Counted from the first letter of the stretch, positions 46,277-62,911 are shown. The stretch is DNA of 64,000 nt from Kofleriaceae bacterium (GCA_965223575.1 CBDCWZ010000010.1:1-64000), one strand, 5' to 3'. A program made the numbers and translations. The notes: a model not told the origin generated them from the letters alone.

Positions 46277-47209
46277 ATGAGCGTCCCTTTTTCGATTCTG
46301 ACAGGATATCTCGGAGCTGGGAAGACAACAGTGCTGAATCGCGTGCTGGCCAACGCTCAGGGGCGGCGCATCGCGGTGCTGGTCAACGAGCTGGGCCGAG
46401 TCGCGATCGACAGCAAATTAATCCTGTCGCGGGGAAGCGACGTCCTAGAACTCGCCGGTGGATGCATCTGCTGTTCGCTCGATCTCAAAAACGATTTGTG
46501 GGACGGCATCGTCGATGTTGTCAAACGCTCAAAGCCAGACCATGTCGTGCTCGAGACAACCGGGATTGCCGAGCCGCAAGCGATTGTCGATGGGCTCGGG
46601 AGATTGCCGGCCGAACATCAGGGAGTGGTTGATCTCGCTGGCGTCATTGCCGTTGTCGATGGGGTTGTCGGCAAGGCAACATTGCAGGACCGAGAAGAGG
46701 CATCGGAGCAAGTCATCACCGCAGATCGCGTGCTGTTTTCAAAGCTGGATATTGCGGGTCCAGAGCTAGTTTCAGCTATTCACAGTAGCGTATCGGCTCT
46801 AAACAACGATGCCGAGCGCGCTGCGTTTCCGCACACGCCTGACGGTGACCGCGCATTGGTCCCTTGGCTGCTCAATCATCGGCGACAAGCAAAAAAAGCG
46901 GCGAGGTCTCATCACCATTCGCACCAAGTTTCGGCAGCTGTATTTTGCGAACAAACGCCACTGCATTCGGTTCCGCTCATGAAATTATTTGAAGAGCTCG
47001 CACCGACACTGTTGCGCGTGAAGGGCTGGGTCCATATTGCCAATGAACAGCGGCGCGCATATCTCGAACTTGCAGGAGACACACTGTCGCTGCGATATGA
47101 CAAACCGTGGGGAGAAACGCGGCCAGAAACCGAGTTGGTCGTCATCGGCGACAACCTCGATGAGGCAGCGTTACGCCGCCGGCTATGGGCCTGCCGAACC
47201 TCGACCTAA
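46277..47209 (+). CDS. CobW/COG0523-family GTPase (zinc metallochaperone-like)
   Basis: LTGYLGAGKTT (P-loop), …AGGCICCSL (CxCC metal motif). Confidence 0.8.
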   Translation: MSVPFSILTGYLGAGKTTVLNRVLANAQGRRIAVLVNELGRVAIDSKLILSRGSDVLELAGGCICCSLDLKNDLWDGIVDVVKRSKPDHVVLETTGIAEPQAIVDGLGRLPAEHQGVVDLAGVIAVVDGVVGKATLQDREEASEQVITADRVLFSKLDIAGPELVSAIHSSVSALNNDAERAAFPHTPDGDRALVPWLLNHRRQAKKAARSHHHSHQVSAAVFCEQTPLHSVPLMKLFEELAPTLLRVKGWVHIANEQRRAYLELAGDTLSLRYDKPWGETRPETELVVIGDNLDEAALRRRLWACRTST

Positions 47210-47241
47210 CCCCAGAGACCACTTGACATAATGGCATAATT

Positions 47242-47261
47242 ATTTGATTTCTTTATCAAAT
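47242..47261. promoter_or_regulatory. ArsR/SmtB-type operator-like palindrome in the AT-rich intergenic region
   Basis: ATTTGAT-ttcttt-ATCAAAT ~45 bp upstream of the ArsR-family gene start. Confidence 0.45.
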
Positions 47262-47304
47262 ATTAATAATTTGCATAAATGTGCAACTATGCTAATGTGT
47301 ATTT

Positions 47305-47796
47305 ATGTTGCTCGAAACACTACTTCGTCCCGACTTCTTCAAAGCACTGGCAGACCCCAATCGGATCAAACTCCTGTGCAAGCTATGCCAGTGCAAAGCT
47401 GGATGTTGTGTGCAAGAAGCCGCTGACTGCTGCGATGTCGACCTATCGGTCGTATCTCGGCACCTGGCACAACTGTGCGACGCAGGACTGCTCTGTAAAC
47501 AAAAACGCGGAAAACAAGTCCACTATAAAATCGACTGCACAGCCATCGTGAAAACCTTGCGCGAGATTGCCACAGAAATTGAGAACTGTTGTTCCCCACA
47601 AGGCGCCGATGGTGGCTGCTGCGGGGAAACGCCAAACCACCCCAACCAAAGGAGAAGACCAATGAGTTGTGCACCCAAACGCGACTGCTGCTGCAATTGT
47701 TCGTGCTGTAACTGCTGCTCGTGCTGCTGCTGCACCGATAGCGGCAAAGAAAGCCCAAAAAACGATAGCGGCTGTTGCGAACCCAAGCAGGACTAA
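47305..47796 (+). CDS. ArsR/SmtB-family metalloregulator with Cys-rich metallothionein-like C-terminal tail
   Basis: …LADPNRIKLLCKL…DLSVVSRHL (HTH) and C-terminal CCCNCSCCNCCSCCCC. Confidence 0.75.
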   Translation: MLLETLLRPDFFKALADPNRIKLLCKLCQCKAGCCVQEAADCCDVDLSVVSRHLAQLCDAGLLCKQKRGKQVHYKIDCTAIVKTLREIATEIENCCSPQGADGGCCGETPNHPNQRRRPMSCAPKRDCCCNCSCCNCCSCCCCTDSGKESPKNDSGCCEPKQD

Positions 47797-48058
47797 CTCC
47801 TGACAAACTCGGGACACTCGAGTGTCTCGCACCCGGTGTCCCGAGGTTTGTCCGTCGCCCAATTACGCCCGTTATTTGTCCGTCCGGTCGAACCCCCGCG
47901 TCAGGGGCGATTCCCATAACCCCAACCGATCTCCCTCCGAGGTCCTCAGTCACGTATTTCTATAACGTTCCTGGGGACTTCTCGCCCACGCCTCGCCCGG
48001 TACGCGCCTCGCGAGCCAAGCTCGGTCCGGCGTTTTGATAGACCAGTTGAGATGAGCT

Positions 48059-49549
48059 CTAATCCGCAGTCGCTTTCAGGATATTTTCGAGCGTCAAAAC
48101 CCTGTCAAAGTAGGGGAAGTCCTGTAACTGTTCATGATACTCGTTGGCGGTGATAAGCACTTTCTGCACGCGGTAACGCTGTGGGATATCAAACGCCTCG
48201 AGTTTACGATTAAAGGTTTCACCTACGTTGGCGCTGAGTTTTTTGTCTACATATTTTACTTCACATATGGTGTACGTTTTGTCTGCACGGTGAAAAATGA
48301 GATCGAGTTGATATCCGGGATCTCCAGCCTGTGTGCTTCTGTTGAAGAAGGGTCCGACTTGGTAATCCACATCTTCGAATCCTAGCGCTCGTGCAATAAC
48401 AAGGGAATTTGCTCTACACCAGCGCTCAAAAGCATAGCCATACGCCTGGGACAAGCGATGCAATGGCAACGCGGCTGTTGGTTTGCGTTTGTATTTTCCC
48501 TCCTGTATCGATCGTCGCTGTGGTTTTACGAAACGATAATACGAATTGAGATAAGCATCGCTAATTTCATACCGGCTGAGTTTACTATCCTCTGACTTAT
48601 TTATAGGCGTATAACGGTTCACAAAACCACATTGCTCAAGGTCTTCCAGAAAGGTAGTAGTCGTTCCCCCTGAAGATAAGCGGAGATGTTTTAAAATTTG
48701 GCTGCGCGTAGCGAATTTTCTCTTGCTGAGAAATTCCACTGTCTTTCTGTAATTTGGGTTTTTGGCAAGGACAGAGAGAAATATTTTGTCGACCTCAGTC
48801 GAGAAGTATCCATTGGGCACAAATGTATTCTTGCAAAAACCAAGATAGACCGAAGATTCTCTCTCCAATCGCTTTAGATAGGCTGGAATGCCGCCAACCA
48901 GCAGCGCCGCGTTAAAAGCTTCATGTGCAGAGTTGTTGCCAAGAAACTCCTGTATTGTGCGAATTCCAAATGGCTTCAATGCAATTTCATGCATCGATCG
49001 GCCATATAATGCGCGGGAAAGAACCACCTTTTCAACCATAAAAGAAGGCGATGACCCACATAGAATCAACAGCAATTGCGGATTCCGGCGCAGTAGGTCA
49101 TCCCATACTGGCTTCAGTCCGGAGAGCAGCCGGCTATCGTAGCTCGCCATCCATTGGAGTTCTTCGAGAAAGATCGTCCATGCCCCCTTTGCGGTTGCCT
49201 GTGCAAGTAACTCGAATACATGCCGCCAGCTTTTTGGGGTAATTTCCGAGTACAAGGGATTTTCAGTATATTGTCCAAGCTTCCGCAGAAACTCGTGCTG
49301 TTGAACGGTCTCGTTTTGTTCTTCCAGTCCTTCGAACTTGATCAATCGTCGCTTGCGAAAGGTCTGCTCGATAAGCTCGGTTTTCCCAATTCGTCTGCGA
49401 CCGTGAACCACAATAATTGCGGACTCAGGCTCGCTTGCGATCTCCTTAAGACGCTCAACTTCGTACCTTCGCCCAATAAATCTATTATTGGCTGGGATAT
49501 TAGGGAGATTCACAGCCAATAGTGTTACACTTTGTACACTATTGGACAA
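48059..49549 (-). CDS. ATPase_2 (PF01637)/DUF234-family AAA+ ATPase, intact paralog, in an AT-rich patch
   Basis: …VVHGRRRIGKTEL… (Walker A), …LFLEELQ (Walker B), C-terminal DUF234 block. Confidence 0.75.
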   Translation of the reverse strand: MSNSVQSVTLLAVNLPNIPANNRFIGRRYEVERLKEIASEPESAIIVVHGRRRIGKTELIEQTFRKRRLIKFEGLEEQNETVQQHEFLRKLGQYTENPLYSEITPKSWRHVFELLAQATAKGAWTIFLEELQWMASYDSRLLSGLKPVWDDLLRRNPQLLLILCGSSPSFMVEKVVLSRALYGRSMHEIALKPFGIRTIQEFLGNNSAHEAFNAALLVGGIPAYLKRLERESSVYLGFCKNTFVPNGYFSTEVDKIFLSVLAKNPNYRKTVEFLSKRKFATRSQILKHLRLSSGGTTTTFLEDLEQCGFVNRYTPINKSEDSKLSRYEISDAYLNSYYRFVKPQRRSIQEGKYKRKPTAALPLHRLSQAYGYAFERWCRANSLVIARALGFEDVDYQVGPFFNRSTQAGDPGYQLDLIFHRADKTYTICEVKYVDKKLSANVGETFNRKLEAFDIPQRYRVQKVLITANEYHEQLQDFPYFDRVLTLENILKATAD

Positions 49550-49648
49550 CTGCGATTGTAGTAATTAAGCCAAATCGTAGCTATTTGTGTCATAGTTGGC
49601 TCACTGGCTGCTACGATGTTAGCCAATATGCCGAGACAGACAAAAAAG

Positions 49649-50794
49649 CTATTCCTCAAAACAATACACAGGCAGTGATTGGTTGCACAATCCGTTAGAG
49701 CTTGTCTCCCACGAGGTTGACCAATTTGCTACGTTTCCTACTGCTGCTTCGTCGAGACCTGATGATTTCCAGTCGAAGCAATTTGAGACAGAGTTCCCTG
49801 TCCAGACAACCTCTCTACCCGATGCGCGATAGAGCGAGCCATCCGCATGCAAGGCCAGCGGTGTATCTAAGGGGTTGCGTCCGAGGTCACTCGCTTGCTC
49901 GACGAGCCGGACGCCATCTGCCCGTACCCAAGCTGGCTTGGTTGTATCAAAGCGACCCTGGCCAGGTTGCTGTGATGTCGTAAGCATTGCCCGAAACGAG
50001 CGCGATGGCCACAAGGGCTTGCCCTCGGTGTTGCAGATCGAATCGGCACCATCGAGGCCTTCGCCGCCCGTCATTTTGCCTTTGCTTATAAAGGCGATTC
50101 GAAAACCATCTGTGCTGGAGTGCGGGACCTCTCGATCGAGATCGATACCCAAGCAATACAGGGAAGCCGACCCTTCACAGGAGAGTGTCAACGCCTCGGT
50201 ATATCGGCTGTGAATCGTCGCACCAATGCCAATGGTGCTCATCCCGGTATTACTTGTATAGCCAGAGCAATTGCTGAGCGTCGCCATACCAGACGGAAAC
50301 GTCCCGGTGTGCACGACAAACTTCTTTACATCGCCAAATTCATCTACGTTGAGCGGATAACGAGGCCCATGCGCAATAAAGTCAGAAATGGTATCAGCGA
50401 CCGGTTTGCCATCGACCCGATGCCACCCTCGCGCACCGTCAAAACGATCTTTTGCGGCTTCGGTGGCGCTCGATAACCACGCGCGGTAGGTCCCGGCGAG
50501 GCCGGCAGTATTGGCGCGCTCTTGGCATTTTGCATCGGCGCCAAGAAGACCACCAAGATCCCCTTTATATCTTGTTGATGTAACAAACACCCTGTTGGCA
50601 CAGGGGCCACAATCTAGGGTGTCCCCACCGCTGATGATCGAGCCGCAACGGCCAGCGCAACGTGCCACGGTGTCATCATCGTCCTTTTGTTGGGGGCCCG
50701 CATCGGGTTTGATATCTAGCTCTTCAGGACCGTCGTCGCCACACGCGAGCATCAATGCAAAAACAACCGACAAACTCGCAACGAAGGCCCTCAT
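49649..50794 (-). CDS. secreted lipoprotein with two DUF1554-like repeats
   Basis: signal peptide + LACG lipobox; duplicated …YRAWLSS…A..RF….W.R.DG…; Cys-rich. Confidence 0.5.
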   Translation of the reverse strand: MRAFVASLSVVFALMLACGDDGPEELDIKPDAGPQQKDDDDTVARCAGRCGSIISGGDTLDCGPCANRVFVTSTRYKGDLGGLLGADAKCQERANTAGLAGTYRAWLSSATEAAKDRFDGARGWHRVDGKPVADTISDFIAHGPRYPLNVDEFGDVKKFVVHTGTFPSGMATLSNCSGYTSNTGMSTIGIGATIHSRYTEALTLSCEGSASLYCLGIDLDREVPHSSTDGFRIAFISKGKMTGGEGLDGADSICNTEGKPLWPSRSFRAMLTTSQQPGQGRFDTTKPAWVRADGVRLVEQASDLGRNPLDTPLALHADGSLYRASGREVVWTGNSVSNCFDWKSSGLDEAAVGNVANWSTSWETSSNGLCNQSLPVYCFEE

Positions 50795-50812
50795 AGCAAC
50801 AACAGCCGTTGT

Positions 50813-52284
50813 CTAGCGGCCGCCGAAGTGCTGGTGGATCCCACGTGATGGTAGCCACGCGGTCGATCCCGTGCGCAGGGCAATATCGATCTCGCGCGCT
50901 GCTTCGCGGCCTTCGGAGATGGCCCAAACGATCAAGCTTTGGCCCCGATTCGCGTCTCCTGCGCAGTAGACGCCCTCCACATTTGTGGCAAAGCAATCGT
51001 CGGTCTTGACGTTTCCACGTGGATCGAGCTCGACCCCAATCTGGTCGACGAGACGACAGGTATCTGGCCCGGTAAATCCCATCGCCAAAATGAGCATATC
51101 AACGGGAATCGTAAACTCGCTTCCCGGTTGCTCCTCAAACAATAAGCCGCCGCCTTCTTTTGGTTTGATCTTGATCCGGACGGCGTGCAGCGTTGTCAGT
51201 TTACCATTTTCGCCAGTGAGTTTTTTGGTGAGCACAGCAAAGTCGCGATCGCCCCCCTCCGCTTGGCTTGATGAGGTACGGAAAATCAGCGGCCACTGCG
51301 GCCACGGATTCGATCCGGCCCGCGCCTCCGGGGGTGCGGGCATCAGCTCGATCTGGTCAACCTTGGCAGCTTTTTGACGCAGGGATGTGCCAACGCAATC
51401 TGACCCTGTATCGCCGCCGCCAAGGATGATGACGCGCTTGCCCGCAGCGTCAAGCTCTGGTGCATGAGCCGGATCTCCGGCGTTGATTTTGTTTTGTCGC
51501 GTCAAAAAGTCCATAGCAAAATGGACACCGTCTAGATCTCGCCCTGGGACCTGTAGATCCCGTGCCCGCCTCGCTCCGGTGGCGATGAGAAGCGCATCAT
51601 AGGCTTGATGCAACTCGGACCAGGTCGGATCCGTGCCAACATCTGCGTTGGTGACAAATTCGATACCCTCTGCTCGCATGACGTCAAGGCGACGATCGAG
51701 CACCCACTTTTCCATCTTAAAGTCGGGAATCCCGTAGCGTAAAAGGCCCCCGATGCGGTCTGCAGCCTCGTAGACCTTTACGTGATGACCAACCGAGTTG
51801 AGTTGCGCGGCGGCAGCAAGACCAGCGGGGCCACTGCCAACAATCGCAACGCGTTTGCCGGTGCGCGCAGATGGGGGACGTGGCTCCACCCATCCTTCTT
51901 TGAAGGCCCGCTCGATGATCTCTTGCTCGATCTGCTCGATGGTTACCGGATCAGTATTAATGGCAAGCACGCAGGCACCCTCACATGGTGCCGGGCAAAG
52001 GCGTCCGGTAAACTCGGGAAAGTTATTCGTCGATTCGAGGCGATGGTGAGCCTCTTGCCATCGATCTTGATAGACAAGGTCGTTCCAGTCCGGAATTTGG
52101 TTGCCTAGCGGGCAACCTTGTTGGCAAAATGGAATCCCGCAGTCCATACAGCGACCGCCTTGTTCGCGCGCTTGCTCTACTGTTTGCAGCTCGTAGACTT
52201 CTTGCCAATCCTCGAGGCGGCCCTTTGGGTCGCGCGGTTTGGGCATTTTGCGTTGCCACTCCAAAAACCCTGTTACTTTGCCCA

Positions 52285-52285
<1 letters not shown>
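50813..52285 (-). CDS. gltD: glutamate synthase (NADPH) small subunit
   Basis: …CMDCGIPFCQ…CP…; RVAIVGSGPAGLAAA (FAD/NAD fold), full-length 490 aa. Confidence 0.95.
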
Positions 52286-56895
<4,610 letters not shown>

Positions 56896-56949
56896 CGCCG
56901 GCCATCATACGGATCGCGACGCACCGCAGCAACCCCTTTTATGGGGGAC

Positions 56950-57143
56950 CTCACGGGGACACGTGGGGGGACACGTTCCTCACATGGGGGACACGTTCCT
57001 ATCACATGGGGGGACACGTTCCTAGGTGATAAGCATTTAGAATCGTAGGGTTTTTTGCACCACTCGTTGAATCTATGAGTTCAACGAGTGGTGCAAAAAA
57101 CCCTACGATTCTAAATGCTTATCACCTAGGAACGTGTCCCCCC
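56950..57143. repeat. tandem 15-18-nt repeats (gggggacacgttcct…) followed by a ~136-bp near-perfect palindrome
   Basis: arms 57008-57072 and 57080-57143 are reverse complements around tctatga. Confidence 0.85.
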
Positions 57144-57164
57144 ATGTGTACCAATAGATGAAAA

Positions 57165-60100
57165 CTACTTCAACTGGGCGATTCGCTGCAGGACATCGCG
57201 GAATTCGCGATCTTGGTTTGTGACCAAGGTATAAAAGCGTTTTGCGTCGGTGGGCTTGTTCATCGCCTCATAGGTAAGGCCAAGCTCATAGTAGAAGCCG
57301 ATCTTTTCAAGGTCACTGATTTCTGGGACCGACAAGGCTTGCTCAAAGTAGTCGATTGCCTCGTCTGTGTTCCCCTGATCGCGATGGCACAGGCCAAGCA
57401 TCAACCGCGACTGGATTCGCCGGCCCGAAACATTGAGCACCTTCTCAAAGGCCTGCATCGCCTCGCCGTGTAGACCCATCTCTCGATAGGCCAGGCCTAA
57501 GTCGTAGTGCGAATCGGCATCTTCATCATCGATGGGTTCTTCCAGCATCACTTGTGGTGCGCGACTGGGCACCGGTGCAGATTCCACCCCCTGCTCGGTT
57601 GCACCAGCGTCCGCGCTGTGCTCTTTGCGAAGCGCATCGAGCTTGGCAACTAGGCTCGGGTGATCTGGATAGGTCTTGAGTAGCTCTTCAAGCGTTTCGA
57701 CCGCTTCTTCAAAAAGCCCTTGCGAAGCGTAAAACTCAACCTCATCCAGTTCGTCTTCAAACACAGAGTCGTCAACAAATGACGAGTCTTTCACCGATGA
57801 AGAGCTGTTCGCGAAATTGGCTTCGGGCTCCAGGGCCAGCTGTGGTTGGGGATCGGGGGCAACCGCTTCCGGTTCCAAATCCGCGAGCTCCGGCTCTAGC
57901 TCCGGCTGTACCACAGTCTCGGGAACAAACTCCGGTCCCCGAGCGGCGAACGCAATCCCTGGAGCGACAAACTCGGGTTCGGCAGTGGCCTCAGGTGTCG
58001 GCGCAAACTCAGGACCTGGTATTGAGTCTCGAACCGGGGATCCGTTATCAATCAAATCCAGCGGGGGAAACTCCGTCTCCACCGGCTCATCCGGCGCCGG
58101 TGCGGCAGTAGGTGCAGCTGTAAACGCATCGATCAGCGGGGAGCTCGAACCGAACGAAGACTCTAGCGTCCACTCACTTTGTGCTCGCTGTGGTCCAGAG
58201 GGCTCCTGTTTGGGCCAAACCGCCGCAGTCAACTCCTCATCGCCCGGCAAATCAAAACCAGAATCGAGTCGATTGGTTCCGATCGGCCCGACGCCAAGTT
58301 CTTGGGCGACTTGATCTAATTTTTGAGAATGGTGCAAAGGATCTCCAGCAACGAGTGCTGTATCCGTCAAAGGCTCATCAGTAAGGAGCGGCTCACCGAC
58401 CAGCAACGGATCATCGGCGACCAGTGGATCTCGGGCGAGATGGCCAAAGGTCTCCTCTTCTATGTCGCTTGTCGGATTGGGCGGAAAATTCGTCGGCTCG
58501 AGATCGACGTCAAATCCTGTAAGCCCCGCCCCGGAAACTCCGGTAACGGACTCGATATCATCGATCTGCTCCGGCATGATCTCTTGAGTGGGGCGCCGAG
58601 GATAGTCGCCAGACCCTACCTGGCTGATCTCTCCCGTAAAATCACCCGGTGACAGGAGCTCGGCCGACAACTCATCCAGATCGAATTCTTCTAAGGCCTC
58701 TACGTCCACATCAAGATGCTGCGCGTTGTCAAAAGGCATTGAGCGGGAGGCAGAGGAATCACTGATATTCCAACTTGGATCGGAAGGAAGATCTTCAGAC
58801 TCATCCACAATCACAACGCCCCCATCAGAACCTTGAGTCCCCGCAGTGTGTCCGGGAATATGCAAATCATGTTGCTCTGCAAGCAAGAACGCCGGTTGGT
58901 AGGTACCGTTGAGAGCGAGAAGATCTTTGAGCCACGCCTCCGCCTGTCCAGGATCGATGGGCGCCAATTGTCTTGCCAGATGCATGAGCTCGCGAACCGC
59001 ATCGTCCCGACGTCCCTGGGACAAATAGACATCCTTGAGTTGCTCGCGTGCCTCGATATTGTCAGGGTCCAGCGCAAACACACCTTGGAGATGATCCGCG
59101 GCCTTTTGGTGGAGTCCATACTTCACATACACGTCGGTTTCCGCGAGAATTTTGACGATCTCTTGCTCGTGGAGCTCGCCGGCCAAAGTGCCCTCGTTAT
59201 CTGCGAAGGTGACATCCTCGTCCAACGAGATATCCGCGGCAAGGGTCTCCGATTTCGGATTCGATCCAAGCTGCGTCGATGGCTGTCTGGCCGGCCGGAT
59301 ACTCTTTGCTTTCGGCGCAACCGGGACTCTCACCGACGTTGCGGTTGCCTCTCCTGGATGATCATCAGGACGATCTAGCGGGACGGCGCCCGTCGCATTA
59401 GAGGGCGATTTCCCGTAGGACCCCAGCGTTATCGCGCGCGGAGGCCTTTGGGGCGGACCAACGCGAGATCCAACCGACACCCTCGCACTCGGTGCCTTCC
59501 CTGGATTGCTCGCGCTGGGATTGATATAGGCCAAGGAATCGGCGTCTTCGGGAGAATAGCGAAGAATGTCCTCGTGGACCTCTTTGGCTCGCTGTTTTTG
59601 GCCATCTTCGTCATAAATTCGTGCCAGCTCTTTGAGCACCGAGACTGTTTTTGCCTTCTGGTCTAGCTCCTGAAACGCCTGGGCCAAAAGTGCGAGCGTC
59701 TCGACATCGCGCGAATCTGCTTTGAAACAGACTTGCAATTTTTGTAGGGCACGTCGCGGATCTTGTTTGTCCAAATATATCGTCGCAAGCTCTCGACTCA
59801 GCGCAAGGTCGTCGGGTTTTGTGCCAAAGCAACCTCTCTGCCACTTTAATAAAATCCTCTGGCCGATCTTTCGAACGCAAAAAGTCGCAGGCGTATGCAA
59901 ACTCTTTGGTCGCCTCTTCTTTCATGTCTTCTTTTGAATATAACTCTGCGAGTTTGATCCGAGTCGCGATATTGTCTGGGTCCAAATCAACCAGTTGCCT
60001 AATGGTCGCCAACGCTTCGTGGGTTTTACCCTCCTGGTGAAAGTGAGCGGCCACCGCTTCGAAGTGCTGCATCGCGTCAGAAAGCAGTCCGAGCTGCCGA

Positions 60101-60408
60101 TACAGCTCCGCTAACTTTAGATTGACCTCTACCATTCGAGCATCAAGCTTTAAGATCTGCTTGTAGACAGCGACAGCCTTCAGGTAGAAGCCCTGCTCGC
60201 TATAAAACTTGGCCACCTTTAGGTAAGTCTCGCTTGCCTCGCGTTTCGACCCCTTCTTTGCATAGAGATCTCCAATCTTGAGCCAAACGCGAACATCATT
60301 TGAATCTTGACCAACAATGCGGAGATATTCCTTGATCGCGCGGTCGGTCTGCCCTTTGTCCACATACTTACGGGCGACTTCCATGACTTTGCTTTTGTTA
60401 AAGGCCAC
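57165..60408 (-). CDS. large TPR-repeat protein with acidic low-complexity middle; apparent frameshift near 59600-59900 joins ORFs 57165-59900 and 59611-60408
   Basis: TPR motifs at both ends; the two ORFs overlap by ~290 nt in different frames. Confidence 0.55.
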
Positions 60409-60782
60409 CGCTTGTGCCTCCCCGCAAAATCATCAACGATTCAGATCGTCTACCCATCCCCGCTTTCCGCGACACCCGTCGGTTGCATCCATTGGCAGCT
60501 GGCCGACGCTTGTCCCGCAGGATATACGGAACTTTTTGTCGTGGCTCGGCATGCGAATTCATCTGCTTACCGATCATCCTGGCGATCGCTCCTGCGCAAC
60601 TCGTTATGATTTCCGCGAGGAAGCACTCGTTATTCCTCAAGAACACCGCCGAAATACACGTTCATCGCCGCGTTGCACGGATTGATGGTGCTGGATCCAG
60701 GCCACAATCTTCAGCTTACGGGGGCGGTAGAGACCCGGTCAAGCTAGCAATTCTAAGAAAACCAGAAAATTTCCGGGGAGTT

Positions 60783-62141
60783 CTACGACGACTCGCTAAG
60801 CATGCGACCGACAAAGCCAGTATCAAAGTCACCGCTTTGAAAGGCCCGATTGCTAACGAGTTTTTTGTGAAACGGAATACTCGTACGAACCCCCTCAATA
60901 ACGAACTCGTCCAGACATCTCCGTACACGTCGCATCGCCGCCTCCCTTGTATCATCATGGACGATGAGCTTTGCCAGAAGTGAATCGTAGTTTGGGGGAA
61001 CCACATATCCCTCGTAAATGTGGGTGTCGACGCGGACCCCCTGGGCCGCACGGGAATATTGAGACCCGTGATCTTGCCGAGGCCAAGGGGACAAAGGTGC
61101 TCGGGGTCCCTCGGCGTTTGATTCGAAGCTCTACTCTCGAAGTGACCGCGCGCAGATCGCGGCTGCCGAAACGACATCTTGTCGCCCCGCTGCGATGAGG
61201 ATTTTGCTCGCGGACCAAATCGAGCCCGGTAACCATCTCGGTAACTGGTGGTGCTCGACTCTGCAGGCGCGTATTCATTTCCATGAAATAAAAGCCTGCC
61301 ATCCTGATCGAGTAAAAACTCGTACCGTTCCCAGATTGACGTAGCCGATGCTGCGCGCCGCCGATACAGCCGCCTGGGTCAGTTTGGTGCGTATAGAATC
61401 TTCAAGCGCTATAGATGGTGCCTCTTCGGCGACCTTCTGGTGGCGGCGCTGAATCGAAGCACTCACGCTCGAGCTCGATATGAACACAATTGCCGTGGGT
61501 TATCGGCGACAATCTGGATCTCAATTATGGCGGGGCCCGCTCGCACCAATAGCGCTCCATGTACATATCCGGGTTGCCAAAACGCAGCGGTTGCCTCAGC
61601 GCGTGCCGTTCGTCCAATCCTGAACCAGACGGTCGGGCTCTTGTACGATCTTCATGCCCCGACCACCACCGCCAGCGGCCGCCTTCAAAATGACCGGAAA
61701 CCCGATCTCATTTGCCGCCTGGGATAATGCGCTCTCACTCTCGATCACGCCCGAGCCAGGCAGGACGGGAACGTTGGCATCGTCCATCGCCGCACGAGCG
61801 CGGATCTTGTCGCCCATGAGACGCATCGCTTCGGGCGAGGGGCCAATCCACTGGATGTCGCATTTTTGGCAAACCTCGGCAAACTCGGCGCTCTCCGAGA
61901 GGAATCCATATCCGGGATGGATCGCGTCGGCGCGGGTAATTTCGGCGGCGCTAATAATCGAGGGAATATTGAGATAGCTCTGACTGGCAGCAGCGGCGCC
62001 AATGCACACGGCTTCGTCGGCAAACTTCACGTGGAGCGCGTTGGCATCAATTTCAGAATAGACGGCGACCGACTGAATGCCAAGCTCGCTCGCGAGCGCG
62101 CGGATAATCCGGAGCGCAATTTCTCCCCGGTTGCGCGACAA
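60783..62141 (-). pseudogene. accC: acetyl-CoA carboxylase biotin carboxylase subunit with ≥3 frameshifts (possibly sequence errors)
   Basis: N-terminal [11 protein letters not shown]…; middle GEFYFMEMNTRLQ; C-terminal …GYVVPPNYDSLLAKLIVH… in four different frames. Confidence 0.75.
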
Positions 62142-62165
62142 GGACTTTTCGAAACACAGCGATTC

Positions 62166-62911
62166 CTAACTCGGGACGATCCGAAACAGCGGCTGTCCGT
62201 ATTCTACAGGTTTGGCGTCTTCAACCAATACCGCCCGTTGATGACGCCCGAGACATCCGCCTCGATTTCGTTCATGAGTTTCATCGCCTCGACGATGCAC
62301 AACATGTCGCCTTTTTGCACAGTCTGGCCGACGTCGACATAGGGATCTGCATCTGGAGTCGGGACGACGATAAAACGTGCCCACAAACGGACAGGTCACA
62401 AGATGGTGCTCTTCTTCGTCGGGAGCTAGCGGTCCGCTACCTGAGGCGCAGATACAGGCGCCGGCGTGGTTGCTTTCGACCGCAGCCGGGGGGGCGACCC
62501 CTGGTGCTACCAAATTTGTCGGGGCTGCCCATGACGACCTGGCCTGATGCGGCCGCGCCACGCCGAAGTGGTCACCGTAGCCTCGGCATTCTCGACGATG
62601 AGCTCACTCAGCCCACGCCGCTCGGCAATCGCCGCGAGCTCACGAACCATGGTGACAATCCCAGCACGCCTCGGCTCGGATCTTGGCAACAACTGCCGCG
62701 GACTGTCCCCGAAACGAGCCGACTCTTCGCAGGTTGAGGACTCCCGTTCTTTTTTGGGAATCGCCGCTTTCTTGACCGTCTTTGCTCTGGGTGCGGGCCG
62801 AGAGCTTTGGCCGCGCGGGGCTTGGACACTTTTGCCTTGCCTGTCGTTCTTGGTCGACGCCTTGCTTGCCTTACTCGCTTTGGTCTTCGTAGAACTCTTC
62901 TGCTTAGCCAC
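62166..62911 (-). pseudogene. accB: biotin carboxyl carrier protein, frameshifted
   Basis: N-terminal Lys/Ala-rich + …LAAIAERRGLSELIVE…; C-terminal [18 protein letters not shown] (biotinyl-Lys motif) in another frame. Confidence 0.7.

Noticed and set aside
56950-57010. Tandem gggggacacgttcct repeats as a mini-CRISPR array
   Set aside because: The units are 15-18 nt direct repeats with only 3-8-nt variable spacers. This is far from the 24-50-nt repeats and unique spacers of a CRISPR array.
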